64,000 bases of DNA from Malacoraja senta (taxonomy: Eukaryota): assembly GCA_038087875.1 (NCBI GenBank), contig CM075994.1, positions 2,048,001-2,112,000 on the forward strand, read 5' to 3'. Below are positions 36,551 through 49,405 of the stretch, piece by piece. Below the pieces are notes generated by a model. That model had not been told where the DNA came from and did not search any database. It was given only the letters and a program-made list of their open reading frames with translations. A program made the translations under genes and the position numbers. The first letter of the stretch is position 1. Every line of letters begins with the position of its first letter.

Positions 36551-37612
36551 CTCCGTTCAGTTAACCTATGGTTACATGGACTAACTTTAGCTTGACTGTT
36601 CCTAATAACTAGCTATGGTTAGCGTTCAGCATTGCTGATTATACTAGACCCCGGTTTCGAAATGTATAAGGCTGGTAAGAAATCACCAGGATTTGTGAAT
36701 ATTTTATATCAACTTTTTCTTATATTGTTTATGTATAATCGTGCTTGAGGGGTCCCTCACCAGCATATGCTATAAAGCTGGGCTTAAGGGACCCACTTTG
36801 TGGTTTGTGATTTGGTCTCTGCCTTCCTGTTCTTAGCAGCTGGCCGCTAACGCTGTCAGAACCTGGCTAGTTTGCTTATACTAATCTTCATAACGAACTG
36901 TCTGGGGCTGATAAGAGCTCATTACAGCCAGGGCTGTGTTATACAAATCTTATCTTATACCTTTTTGTTTAACAAAACATAATTGATGCCTTTAGCACTG
37001 TGCTTTAATTCAACAGCCCAGTTTGTAATTTGCTAACTTTTCCAACGCCAACTCTCTCTTTATACTTTGTCGATTTTAAGACATACTAGGCAACACCAAA
37101 GGAAGTTATTCTGGCTCCACTTACACGTTAGCCGGTTTATTTAGTATCACCATTTTGTTAATATGCTTTGTCTTATTGTGACTATCAACATTGCTATTAT
37201 TACTATTAGTGTTAGCAATGGTACTCGCAGTGCAACCACTATGGTTATTATTTTAACTTTGCATTTATCAATGTATATCTTACTTTATTCCTACTCTCTG
37301 TTTTTCAAATTATTATCATCATCGTCATTATTACTATTACTATACTTATTTTATTTCATGTTACCTTATCGACACTGAGTGACTCCATCGCTTTGGGAAG
37401 CTGTGATATAGGGAATTAAGATCGGATATCTCCATGCGGAAGCGAGGACAACGCACCTTGGTGCAATGGGCACTTAAGGTTCAGTTGAGACATGGGGGAT
37501 CTCAGGTCTGGAGACTCAGGTTTGAAAGATGGTTAAATGATATGTGTTCCACTTGTTTGCCGTGTGTGTATGTTTTTGTTCTTGTTTTTATTTTTATTTT
37601 ACTTCATTTTAC

Positions 37613-37619
<7 letters not shown>

Positions 37620-37647
<28 letters not shown>
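37620..37647. repeat. (TA)n microsatellite inside the L1 inter-ORF spacer
   Basis: About 14 TA units. Confidence 0.9.
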
Positions 37648-37750
37648 TTCCCCCCCCTCCCCCTCCACATCCCCACTCTCGGCAGCTGGCTTCGATACGC
37701 TCTTCCGTCTCGTTTTGCAGAACTACAGCGCATTACCCATATAGCTAAAA

Positions 37751-40700
37751 ATGGCCAACACAAACGATACTCTTAGATTTGTCTCATGGAACGTGAGAGG
37801 GATGGGAAGTCCTACCAAAACTGATAGGATCTTGGCCCATTTGCAACAGCTCAAAGGCAATATATTCTTTATCCAAGAGACCCACCTTCGCAACAGAGAG
37901 GTAACATGGCTTAAGAGAGGCTGGATCAGTCAACTATTTCACTCGAAATATAATAATAGGGCTAGGGGCACCGCTATCCTGATTCGTAAGAACATTAAGT
38001 TCGAACCACAGAAAACTGTGGAAGACCCTGCTGGTCGCTTTGTCATGGTGTCGGGCAAACTGCAAGACACACCTGTCATATTGGCAAGCATTTATGGACC
38101 CAACTGGGATGACAGCTCATTTATAACTACATTTTTTACATCTCTCCCAAATATTGAAAATCACCATGTCATTGTGGGTGGAGATTTTAATCTGGTCCAA
38201 GATCCTATACTGGATAGATCTTCGAATAAAGCCTCTACTTTAACTAAATTCGGAAAGACTCTGCATGTTCTTGCCAAACAACTGGGGCTCACAGATCCAT
38301 GGAGATTTATATTCCCCACGACTAAATTATTTTCATTTTTCTCCCACGTACATCGTACATTTACCCGTATAGACTTCTTTCTCTTAGATAATAGATTGCT
38401 TTCCAAAATCAAATCCAGTGAGTACCATAGCATCGTAATATCAGATCATGCTGCGACCTCCCTTGATCTTCATTTTCGTAAACGAACTAACCCCTTTAAG
38501 TGGAGGTTCAACTCCTCATTATTAGCAGAGGCTCACTACATGCAATTCTTGCACTCCCAAATCACCCTATATTTTGAGCTGAATGACTCGCCGGACATAG
38601 AAAGAGGTATACTTTGGGAAGCTTCAAAAGCCTATATTAGGGGCCAACTCATTTCCTTTATCTCCAACCTGAAAAGAACCGAGACGTTCCAAACGGCAGA
38701 TCTGTTACAAAAAATAAAGGACATTGATGACAAATATGCATCTGACCCAAACCCTAATCTCTATAGAGAACGCCTTAGGCTACAAACAGACTTTGACCTC
38801 ATATCCATTAATAAAGCCAAACTACGACTGCTTAAATCTAGGCAACACTTTTTTGAATCTGGGGATAAAGCTGGAAAGCTTTTGGCCCATCAGGCCAGAA
38901 CAGAGGCGACTTCACGGCTAATTCCAGCCATTAGATCCAGCTCAGGGGAGACTCATACTGATCCTCTCAGAATTAATGAAGCATTTGCTAAATTCTAAAC
39001 TGAACTATACACGTCCGACTGTCCCCCCACTGCAGGTGACATGTTCAGTAGTATGACGCTTCCTCGAATTGACGAAGAAGCCATGAGAGACTTGGGTGGT
39101 CCCATAACTGTAGCTGAGGTCCAAGCAGCCATCACATCGCTGCAAAGCGGAAAGTCACCCGGCCCTGACGACTTCTCTGTAGAATATTACAAAGCTTTCT
39201 CTGACCTCCTTGCACCAGTCCTGAGAGATATGTACGAGGCGTTTTTACATCGTCGCCTACCACCCACCTTGTCGTGGGCTACCATCTCCCTAATTCTTAA
39301 AAAGGAGAAAGATCCCCTGCTTTGTAGTAGCTATAGACCAATCTCACTCCTGAATGTGGACCTCAAAATCCTTTCTAAAGCCCTTGCGCTTCGTCTTCAG
39401 CGAGTGATGCCCTCTATTATCTCGTTGGATCAAACAGGGTTTATACCTGGCCGACAGTCTTCCCATAATACTAGGCGTCTCCTTAACATCATTCACTCTT
39501 CGAGTAATGAGACCCCGGAGATGGTGGTCTCCCTCGATGCCGAAAAGGCCTTCGACAGGGTCGAGTGGCGGTACCTATATGAAGCGAAGGATAGGTTTGG
39601 CCTCGGTAACAGTTTTATTCTCTGGGTGAGCCTATTATATTCGTCCCCGGTGGCCTCAGTACAAACAAACGACATACTGTCGCCCCCCTTCACACTTCAG
39701 AGAGGTACCAGACAGGGTTGCCCGTTATCTCCACTCTTGCTTGATGTTGCGATAGAACCCCTGGCGGTCTGGTTACGCGCAGAAAAGGGCTTTAAAGGTA
39801 TTACACGGTTTGACACAACTCATAAAGTCTCATTGTATGCGGATGACCTGCTCCTGTACATCTCGAACCCAGTCAGTTCTCTCCCTGTGATTATGAATAT
39901 TTTAGAACGGTTTGGTGCATATTCTGGTTATAAACTTAACTACCAAAAGAGTGAGCTATTACCGATTAACTTACCGGCTAAGCAGCTCCCTCGCTCTTTA
40001 ACCTCATTCAAAAGGGCAGAGGATGGGTTTCGCTATCTCGGCGTTTTTATCACAATACCCTTATCTGATATGTTCCGCACAAACTTTTTGCCTCTGGTTG
40101 AGAAAGCCGAAAAAGATTTTGATCGCTGGGCCGGATAAATCTGGTTAAGATGGTTGTCCTACCCAAATTCCTGTATCTTTTCCAGCATGTCCCCATACTT
40201 ATCACCAAATCTTTTTTTGACAAATTAGAAAGGACAATATCTAAATTCTTATGGGGTAGCAAACCGGTCAGAATCCGAAAGGCGATACTGCAGTCGCCTA
40301 AGAGTGATGGCGGTTTGGCCCTCCCTGATTTTAGGCGATACTACTGGGCAGCTAACTTGCAAAAACTCCTGTATTGGATGAATGATGATTGCGAGTACCC
40401 ACCGATCTGGGTATATATGGAAAAGGCGAGTTCACGTCTCCCATTGCGGTCTGTCCTATGCTCCCAACTCCCCCTTTCTATAACATCTGTGGGTGCAGGC
40501 CCAATTGTGTCCCTTTCGCTCAAGATATGGAGTCAATTTAGGAAAAACCTCGGTTTACAGGGTCCTTCCATCTTGACCCCACTGCTTAAAAATCACATTT
40601 TTAAACCTTCAAGTATAGACCACGCATTTAAAACCTGGCATAGTAATGGCATCAGTAGTATTAAAAACCTATATAAGGATGGTATCTTCTCATCTTTCGC

Positions 40701-41514
40701 GGAGCTCTCATCTATCTACAACCTCCCAAACTCCCACCTTTTTCGGTTTTTCCAGATTAGGGATTTTGTGAAGAAGACATTCCCCTATTTCCCAAATCGC
40801 CCTCCTGAAACCCTGACCGATACCATCTTAGCTTTAGACCCCAATCGGAAGAAATGCATCTCTATTTTGTATAATTTGCTAGCGTCGGTTTTATTGAAAC
40901 CTCATACCTCATTAAAAGCTGCGTGGGAGGGAGAGCTGAATATGCAATTAACAGACCAGCAATGGGACTCTGCCTTGGATTTGATCCACTCTTCTTCCAT
41001 ATGCGCTCGTCATGGCCTAATCCAATGCAAAGTCCTTTACAAAGTCCACTATACAAATGCAAGATTAGCTAGAATGTACCCAGCTGTCAATGACACCTGT
41101 AACAGATGTAGTGAATCTCCTGCCAACCATAGCCACATGTTTTGGTCTTGCCCTAAGCTAGCAGCCTTTTGGAGGAGTGCTTTTGAATTGATAAGCAGAG
41201 CTTATGACCAGACTATTCTTCCAAATCCAATGTCAGCCATTTTCGGTACCCCTCCCAATACCAACCTCTCTGTTGCGGTGAAACGGGTCCTAGCTTTTAC
41301 AACCTTGTTAGCCCGGAGACTGATCTTGCTTCGTTGGAGGCTCACCTGTCCCCCGACACACGCCCGTTGGATTAAGGAGGTGCTTTACAATCTGAAACTT
41401 AAAAAACGTAGGTTCTCTCTCAAAGGCTCTACCAAGACATTCCTAGATACATGGAACCCTTTCTTTGAACTGGTTAACTCTCTTACCTTGTCCCCGGACT
41501 CGCAAGAGGACTGA
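37751..41514 (+). pseudogene. L1 ORF2 (EN, RT, CCHC) with an in-frame stop at 38996-38998 and a deletion/frameshift near 40135
   Basis: SWNVRG, IQETH, GGDFN, SDHA, DAEKAFD, QGCPLSP, LYADD, CNRC...HMFWSC. Confidence 0.93.
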
Positions 41515-43574
41515 GTGTTCTCCATCATCGTTTTGTTCTACAGCAGCTGCTTTCCCCTTAATCCCCCCCTCCCTACAATTGTTTATTTAGATATGTATGT
41601 ATATATATATATTTAAAAAAAAATATATAGCACATTTTGTTTCGTCTATTTTACCATTTGTGTGTGGATGTGTACGTATGTGAGTGTTGTTTGTCCCCGT
41701 TTGGCTCCGACCTGACTTGGGTGTGTTGAAGGTGGGTATGGGTAAGGGTTTTGAGGATCGCTTACATACTGTTGTACAATTATGCCTTGATTATTACTGT
41801 CTGTTATTATTGTATGTATGTAAATTGCCGTGAAATTCAAATAAAAAGATTAAATTCATAATTGACTCCAGCATCTTTCCAACCACCGAAGTCGGGCTAA
41901 CTGGTCTGTAATTCCCCGTTTTCTCTCTCGCTCCTTTCTTGGAAAGTGGGATAACATTAGCTATCCTCCAATCCACAGGAACTGATCCTGAATCTATTGA
42001 ACATTGGAAAATGATCACCAATGCGTCCACTATTTCTAGAGCCACCTCCCTGAGGACCCTGGGATGCAGACCATCAGGCCCCGGTGATTTATCATCCTTC
42101 AGTCCCATTAGCCTACCCAATACTATTTCTCGCCTAATGAAAATTTATTTCAGTTCCTCGACCCCCTTAGATCCTCAGTACTTCTGGGAGATTGTTTGTG
42201 TCATCCTTAGTGAAGACAGATCCGAAGTACCTGTTCAACTCTTCTGCCATTTCCTTGTTCCCCATAATAATTTCGCCCGTGTCTGCCTTCAAGGGGCCCA
42301 CATTTGACTTTGCTACTCTTTTTACCTTAACATTTCTAAAGAAGCTTTTACTGTCCTTCTTTATATTCCTGGCCAGCTTCCCTTCGTACTTCATCTTTTC
42401 AGCCCGTATTGCCCGTTTTGTTTCCTTCTGTTGTCCTATGAAAGTTTCCCAATCCTCTGGCTTCCGGCTACTCTTTGCTGTGTTATACATCTTTGCTTTT
42501 AGTTTTATTCTATCCCTAACTTCTCTAGTCAGCAACGGTTGCCTCCTACTCCCCTTAGAATCTTTCTTCCTTTTTGGAATGAAATGATCCTTAGTCTTCC
42601 GGAGCTATAGGTGGGTTGCCAGGAGGTCCTAGTGGGTTGCCACAGGTGAACAAAGAGGAAGATGACTGAACTTTATTGCCTTCCCTCACAGTGGGAAACT
42701 TTCATGTTAAATTCTATCGCGTATTGTGTTCTTCGTATGGCTGTATGGTAATTCAAATCTCACTGTACCAATTGGTGCATGCGACAATAAATGTAACATG
42801 AACTTGATTGTTTTCCGGGTCGTATCTCCGGTCGCTCTGCAGCCTAACATCGTGGTGCTGGAAGCCTGCTCGGGACTGACTGAGCCCCACCGCAGGACGT
42901 GGACTTAACATCGGAGCCGATCCCTTTCCTGGGATCGACGCTCGAACTGCGGCCTGCAGACTTTAACATCAGGAGCTTGCAGTCTCAGGTAAGAGACCGA
43001 TGTCAGCAGCTCCAAAAGCCGCACGACGTTCGACAAATCCCGACCCGGGGTCAGATCGCCCGGCGCGGGTAGCTGACATCCCCGATGCAGGAGCTTGATC
43101 GCCCTGTCGAGGAGGCCCGCCGCTGGCTACGGGAGTAAGATCGTCCCGTCAACGGAAGGTTAGAGGACCCCGACAACTGGAGGACAAAGAAGGGAAGAGA
43201 TTGAACTTTTTTTTGCCTTCCATCCCAGTGAGGAATGTGGAGGTGTCACTGTGGTGGATGTTTATGTTAACATGTATTTAGTGTGTTCTGTTGCCTTTTA
43301 TTGGTATCACTGTAAGGCAAATCAAATTCCTCGTATGTTGCAAAACATACTTGGTTAATAAAGTATGATTATGATTATGATTGCGTGTAGCCTAGTGCTA
43401 GCATACGAGGATCGCTGGTTGGTTTCCACACTGTATCTCTAAAAAAATCAATCACAGCTGTCAAATTTAGACATATTTAGTAGAATTTGGATTTTATTTG
43501 ACAATTTCAATGGGTATTTTTAATATACTTTTTTTTTTAAATCACTTCTTCTTATAGATAGAAAAATAAAATAC

Positions 43575-43708
43575 CTGCTTAGTCAAAGCAATGAATGCAC
43601 GAGAAAGTTTCTGGTAATATCCTTCGACTGTTGCAATTCCATACTGCTCCATGGTATTCCGACAACAAACCATATAGTGCAGCTGTGGAGTGCTGACAAG
43701 ACCATAGT
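43575..43708 (-). CDS. PGM3: PGM3 exon 5
   Basis: [18 protein letters not shown]...[15 protein letters not shown]; 134 nt; AG/GT. Confidence 0.96.
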
Positions 43709-44165
43709 CTGCAACAAAGGGAATCACATAATTTAAAACTAAATGCTTATCATCAATCCGACATTTAATCTTTGTCAGTACTGGCAAACTCAGCGGGTCT
43801 GGCACCATCGATGGAGGACTTGGACAGGTGACGTTTCTGGACTCTTCTACCCGAAATGTCACCTATCCATGTCCTCCAGAGATGCTGCCTGCCCTGCTAC
43901 GTTACTACAGAACTTTTGTGCGTTTTTTTTTTAAAGGTGTAGTTTGACAAGCATTTTAAAAGATTGTGTTTTTCCACTGGACGTTCTGCACTTGATTCCA
44001 ACTAATCTTTATATTTGTCAACATTTTGGGAGCCATCCAGTAGTGGTTGTGCCTTGAATCAAGGCTGAAGAGTTAAAATATAATTTTAACATTCAAACAG
44101 AACAAAATGTACATTACAAGATCACTTTTGGAAGATGTAACTGTTATCCTAACTTCAGCACATAC

Positions 44166-44233
44166 CTTGATAAGCTCCTCCTAAGACACACACACCATCA
44201 ACAACAGCCTGGGAAAGCTCTAGGCTACTGGGC
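44166..44233 (-). CDS. PGM3: PGM3 exon 4 (68 nt, not in ORF track)
   Basis: PSSLELSQAVVDGVCVLGGAYQ; tcttcag| and |gtatgt; phases 2 and 1 fit the neighbouring exons. Confidence 0.93.
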
Positions 44234-46505
44234 CTGAAGATGAAAAACATTCAGAACACAAAATTACAGGACCAGAACACTGACAGACACACACACACAC
44301 AAAGAAATAAATGTAGCTTATCTTGGTTAAATAAATGAATCATAAAGCAGGAAAGCAGGCCATGTATTTTGGTCATTTAAAGCTTCTTATAAATCTTCTC
44401 GTAATAAAATTGAGCCATAAATTAATAATTAATTGGTAACTATTGTTTGAATTAATTTACATCTCCAACACTATCATCAAATACTTCAATTAGAAAACTC
44501 AAAGCCTAAAGACAAATAAACATCTAGGTATGTAGGAGATAAAGAGAACTCCAGAAAAGTTAGGAAAAGAGACAGTGCTGGAGTAACTCAGCGGGTCAGG
44601 CAGCATCTCTGGACAACATGTATAGGTGATATTTAATTTAGTTTATTATTGTCGTGTGTACCAAGGTACAGTGAAAAGCTTTTGTTTGCATGCATCCAGT
44701 GAAAGAAAATACTATACATGAATACAATCAAGTCGTACATAGTGTGCCGATAAAGGGTACAACATGTTTCGGGTCGGGACCCTTCAGACTAAAGGAGGGA
44801 GGAGAAAATTGGAAGGGAGGTGGGGGCAGGTATGTAATTCATTTATCATTTTATACAATACAAGCAATATGATGGATTAATGATTATTTTATTATGAACA
44901 GTCAGAATCTAGACCATGGTTAGAGATTTAAGAGGGACTTAAGAGGGACTGCAGGAGCAACATCCTGAAAGTGTGCTGATCGGTTAGTTAACTACTTGTA
45001 GATACCCTCCCTTTGTGTAGGTAAATAACAAAAAACAAAGTGGAGTTGATGAGCCCGAGAGAGAACAAATTGCAGATGGTACAGGGCGAATGGGATTGAT
45101 GGGATAGCTCTACTGGAAACCTGGATTGACTTCATGGGATAAGTGGACATCTTCTGTGTCTCTCTGAAGAAATAAATACATAGATAAATAAAGTGAGTAA
45201 AACTAGTAACACGAATCATTAAACTAAAGAAATGTTATAAAAACAATCTAGTTCACCAATATCAGGTCATAAGTGTTAGGAGTAGAATTAGGCCATTCAG
45301 CCCATCAAGTCCACTCCGCCATTCAATCATGCCTGATCTATCCTAACCCCTAATGTCCTTCAGAGCAGGAAATGTTTTACAAGATACGTAACAAATCCAC
45401 CATTAATATTAATAACCAGTAGTTGACAAATACTGTTATTCTGCATCACCGCACTTATGTTTGGTTTTGCCTTTCCAAGGCCACTGCCAATGCTGGAAGT
45501 ACAAACATGATAAATAAACATGACATACTTCTGATGGTCAAGGTAGATGTCTACGTCAGACGGTTGTCTGAAGAAGGATCCCAACCCATAATATCAACTA
45601 TCCATGTTCTCCAGAGATGCTGCCTGACCCGCTGAGTTACTCCAGCACTTTGGGTCTTTTTTTTGTAAACCAGTGTCTGCAGTTCCTTGTGTCAACATTC
45701 GTACAAGAAACAGAGTCGATGCTTCAGGCCAATGATGCTTCATCCAATGAAGGGCCTTCAAATGGAAACAGTGACAGTGTTTTGCTTTCCATGGATGTTG
45801 CTGCATTTGTTGAGCACTTCGGGTATTTTCTGTTTTTATTTCAAATTTCCAGCATTTTAAGGTTTTTTTTGTTCAAAATGGATGCCAATATGCATAGAAC
45901 ATAGGGCAAGTTGCCAAACTGCCTACATATTGTTCAGGCTCTGTATTCTCTTTTTGCCTCCAAAATTCAAAACCATTTTCATCAGTACTGTTTCCAAAAA
46001 TTGGTACAAAACTACAGCAAGCCAAAATCCCAAATATTTGTGTTCTTAAGAAATCTAACAGTGCCATTGCCTGTGATAGTTCAGGTGTTGAAGCATACAG
46101 GAGGGCAGGAATTGTATCTGTTCAGTAGATCATGAGTTTTGCACCAAGTTTGATGCCTTGAACTTCAAAGACCCTTTCGCTCAATCAGCCAAAGGCTTCG
46201 CTCATGCATTGAAGACAGTGAAGAATTTTATCATCAACAGTGAATTAATTTTCTGGATTTTAATTTAGGAATTTTCAAGATGAGGAGATACCACAACAGA
46301 AGTAATACTAAATTCATAAATAGCATAATGTTCCCTTCTTGCTACACTAATCAGATTAAAATTATCACATATATGCACAAAATCGGAACAATAGAATGAA
46401 AGTTTACTCATCACCTGATGAGTCTTTCACTCACACAAAATAAGAAATAAATTAGATGTTCTACGATTCCAGCTGTACCTGTAATCCCAGAACCATAACA
46501 CATAC

Positions 46506-46690
46506 CGTGTGTCTCTACCAAGAAATATCCGAGCCACATCTTGCAGGTTCACAGATTCCTTTTCAATGATATTGGTTAAGACAGATTTTAGATTCTGGTC
46601 TTCTGCATTTGCTAACTGGGTGGCATATGCTTCCCAGGCTGATGCAAGCATCTCTCCATGAGGATCAACTAATTTCACTCCATTGTCTTC
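46506..46690 (-). CDS. PGM3: PGM3 exon 3
   Basis: [15 protein letters not shown]...IFLGRDT(R); 185 nt; AG/GT boundaries. Confidence 0.96.
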
Positions 46691-46839
46691 CTGTAATAGA
46701 AAGAAATAATTTAATATGGCTTTGTAAAAGAGATTAAGACTTGGTCTGAGGTAGAGATGTTGACTCATACTGTGTTTTCAGCTTTGTACGTAATCTTTCA
46801 GACGTCCTGCTGCTGTATTAATGTGATCATTACCTCTCT

Positions 46840-47293
46840 GAGCTCAGGTAATGTTACCTCTCTGAGCTGCTCCACCTATATGCTCCTGCCCGGTGCCTCA
46901 GGTCAGCTGATCAGCTGCTCGTTGAGGTACCAAGGTCTAGGCGGAAGCTCAGAGGGGATAGAGCTTTTTCTGTTGCTGCTCCGGCACTCTGGAACACCTT
47001 GCCGCTGCACATCAGACAGGCCCCCTCACTGTCCATCTTCAAATCCTCCCTAAAAACATATTTTTATTCTTTGGCTTTCGACACTGGCTGAGGCATTGCC
47101 CCTGTTTTTAGTGCTTTTAATGTCTTTTAATTTTTAGTGTGTTTTTTATAGTCCTTCGTTTTACGGTTTTTAATGGTTTTTAATTGTTTGTAATAGCTTT
47201 TTGTTCGTGATTTCTCATGTACAGCACTTTGTGGCAACTGTGGTTGTTTAAAGTGCTTTATAAATAAAGTTATTATTATTATTATTATTATTA
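46840..47293 (+). mobile_element. L2-type LINE 3' fragment
   Basis: Degenerate GDRAFSVAAPALWNTLP...FKSSLKT C-terminus and (TTA)n tail. Confidence 0.75.
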
Positions 47294-47965
47294 TCAATGT
47301 CCAGACTTAATGTGTTGCTGGTAATTGCCACCAAGGATACAAAGCTAGGTGGCAGTGAGAGTTGTGAGAAGTACGTGTTGTGAAGAGGATGCAGATTCAT
47401 AGCACGTTATGATATAGTATAGTTAATAACTAACAATAACTATACTGTATAATTTACTATACAATAAATTACTATACACAAATACATGCAAACTTCACCC
47501 TACCAGGGACCTTTTGACACAATATTGAGTCAAATGCTGCTGTATTGTCAAGCGCTGTCATTCTCACATCAATGTTTGAATTCATCTCTATAGTGTATGT
47601 TTGAACCAAGACAGTAATGAAATCTTAAGCAAAGTGCCCCCAACAGTACAGAAAATTAGGAAAAATTAGCCGATTATCTGTGAGTAAATTTTAATAGTTT
47701 GCACTGTTGACACCCCCCTTTCATTACTGTTTTGCTAAAGGGATAGTAAATTCATGGGTGGTAACTGACCCAACTGGATATATCCTGCTTTTCGTGGGCA
47801 AGACATTACGTGATTTTCCATACTATGGTGACATTAGTGTTATGGTTCTAATGGGATCACAGTTGCTAGATTTTAGCAATTACACATTCAGAATGATAAA
47901 ATTCAAATTAGAATGACGAATAGCCGGCTTCCCTTTCAACGTACACATTGACCGTGGAATATTAC

Positions 47966-48172
47966 CTCTGGGTTATGCGAGGCTGTGACCATTACACCGA
48001 TGGTACTTGCAGTTTTCTTTGACCTCAGGACCGCTAGCAGGCCCATGCGATACATTACATGATCGAGTTGTTCTGCCTTGGCTCGAAAACCTGCTGTGCC
48101 GTATTCAAGAACTAGTCCCACAGGTTTAGGATGCTGTCCAGATATCATCTCTATGTCTTCAAAGTGAGCCAT
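47966..48172 (-). CDS. PGM3: PGM3 first coding exon (exon 2)
   Basis: [17 protein letters not shown]...YGTAGFR...[12 protein letters not shown] containing the catalytic phosphoserine loop TASHNP (Ser65); acceptor cag| lies 2 nt before the ATG (exon starts 48174); donor |gtaata. Confidence 0.96.
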
Positions 48173-49405
48173 GCCTGCACCGAGAAATTAAAGCTCGAGA
48201 TAAAAATAGTAGAAATGGGAAAATGTCACGTGTCTGCAACAAAACAATTTATGGTGTTTAACTGCAAGGCCTGAGGTAACAACTTTGTCTTTGCAAGAAC
48301 TGTGTGATTACTGAAATTTGTACTTTCTCTTCGTTCACTATGAATCTTGATAGCATACACACAAGCTGGAGTTCAGCTAACATGCTTGAAATAGTCTGAA
48401 TCCCAAGTATGCGTTTTGCTTCCAAACATCGTTATTTTATGCCTTAAACAATATGTTTTAAATATTGCCGTTTATATACGAGGTTTCCATTTAAATCTTA
48501 CAAATCATTTTAGATACATCCATCCACAAGATATGAATGGGTGGACTGTATGTCCATATATCTATACAGGTACCGGGACAGGTTAATAAGTGGTTAAAAA
48601 GGCATAGGAGGCTTTCCTTTTTCATACAAGATAAAGAATAAAAGAACAGGAATGTTACGGTGTAACCATGCACAGTACTAGTTAGTGTCATCCCAGTAAA
48701 CTGTCCAGTTGTGGTTATATTGCTGAGCAGGTGTACAAGGATGCAAGAGATTTACAAAATGCTGGAGTAATTCAGCGGGCCAGGCACTATCCCTGGAGAA
48801 CATGGATCGGTGACATTTTGGGTCAGGGTTCTTCTTTACACTGAATGGCACTGGGGATGAAACGTCATGGACGCCATGTTCTCCTGAGATGCTACCAGAC
48901 CCAGAGTTAGTCCAGCAGTTTGTGCCTTTTTTTTAATAAACCAACATCAGCAGATGCTTGTGTCTTCAGATTTACAAACATGTTGCCAAGACAAAAAAAA
49001 ATTAACTGAGGAAATATTGGATAAACCTTTAACTCCAAGATAGCTGAGATGTCCTTGAAACTGAGACCAAAGCAGCCCTTTAAGATGAGACAGAGATTCA
49101 CTTGCATGTCCACCAACCACATCTCCTGCATTTGGTGCTCTCAACTGACCTCCTTTACATCAAAGATGGTAAGAGCAGATTGTGCAATTTTCCCCAGTAC
49201 CTATGCCCTGTCCACTATGGCTTTCTAGAACCATTTTATTTCCTCTTCCAATTCCGAGGCTGACTTTGGCCCTCTCCATTGGCAGGGAGAGGCCAAACAT
49301 ATACTAAAGGCTCAGTTGGACTGAAAGAACAAGGGGGAGAGCCAGTATAAATAGAACAGGTGTGAGTCCCTTCACAAAACCCCTTCTGTCCATTTCCTCT
49401 GCAGA

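Larger units (their letters stand above)
35563..41857 (+). mobile_element. Full-length L1 LINE (6295 bp), antisense in PGM3 intron 5
   Basis: Perfect 15-bp TSD ATAATTGACTCCAGC (35548-35562, 41858-41872); 5' GGACTTCCGG; ORF1, ORF2, AATAAA near 41840. Confidence 0.96.
34195..42600 (-). mobile_element. CR1 LINE (34195-35562 and 41858-42600) split by a full-length L1
   Basis: ORF2 reads ...VGKMLESII continuously across the L1; RT motifs; 3' tail near 34195. Confidence 0.92.

Noticed and set aside
42810..43380. CpG-rich segment with GACTT(T)AACATC repeats in PGM3 intron 5
   Set aside because: Ends in sequence shared with 3700-3885 and 42660-42800 and a (TGATTA)n tail, so it is an interspersed repeat; I cannot assign the family
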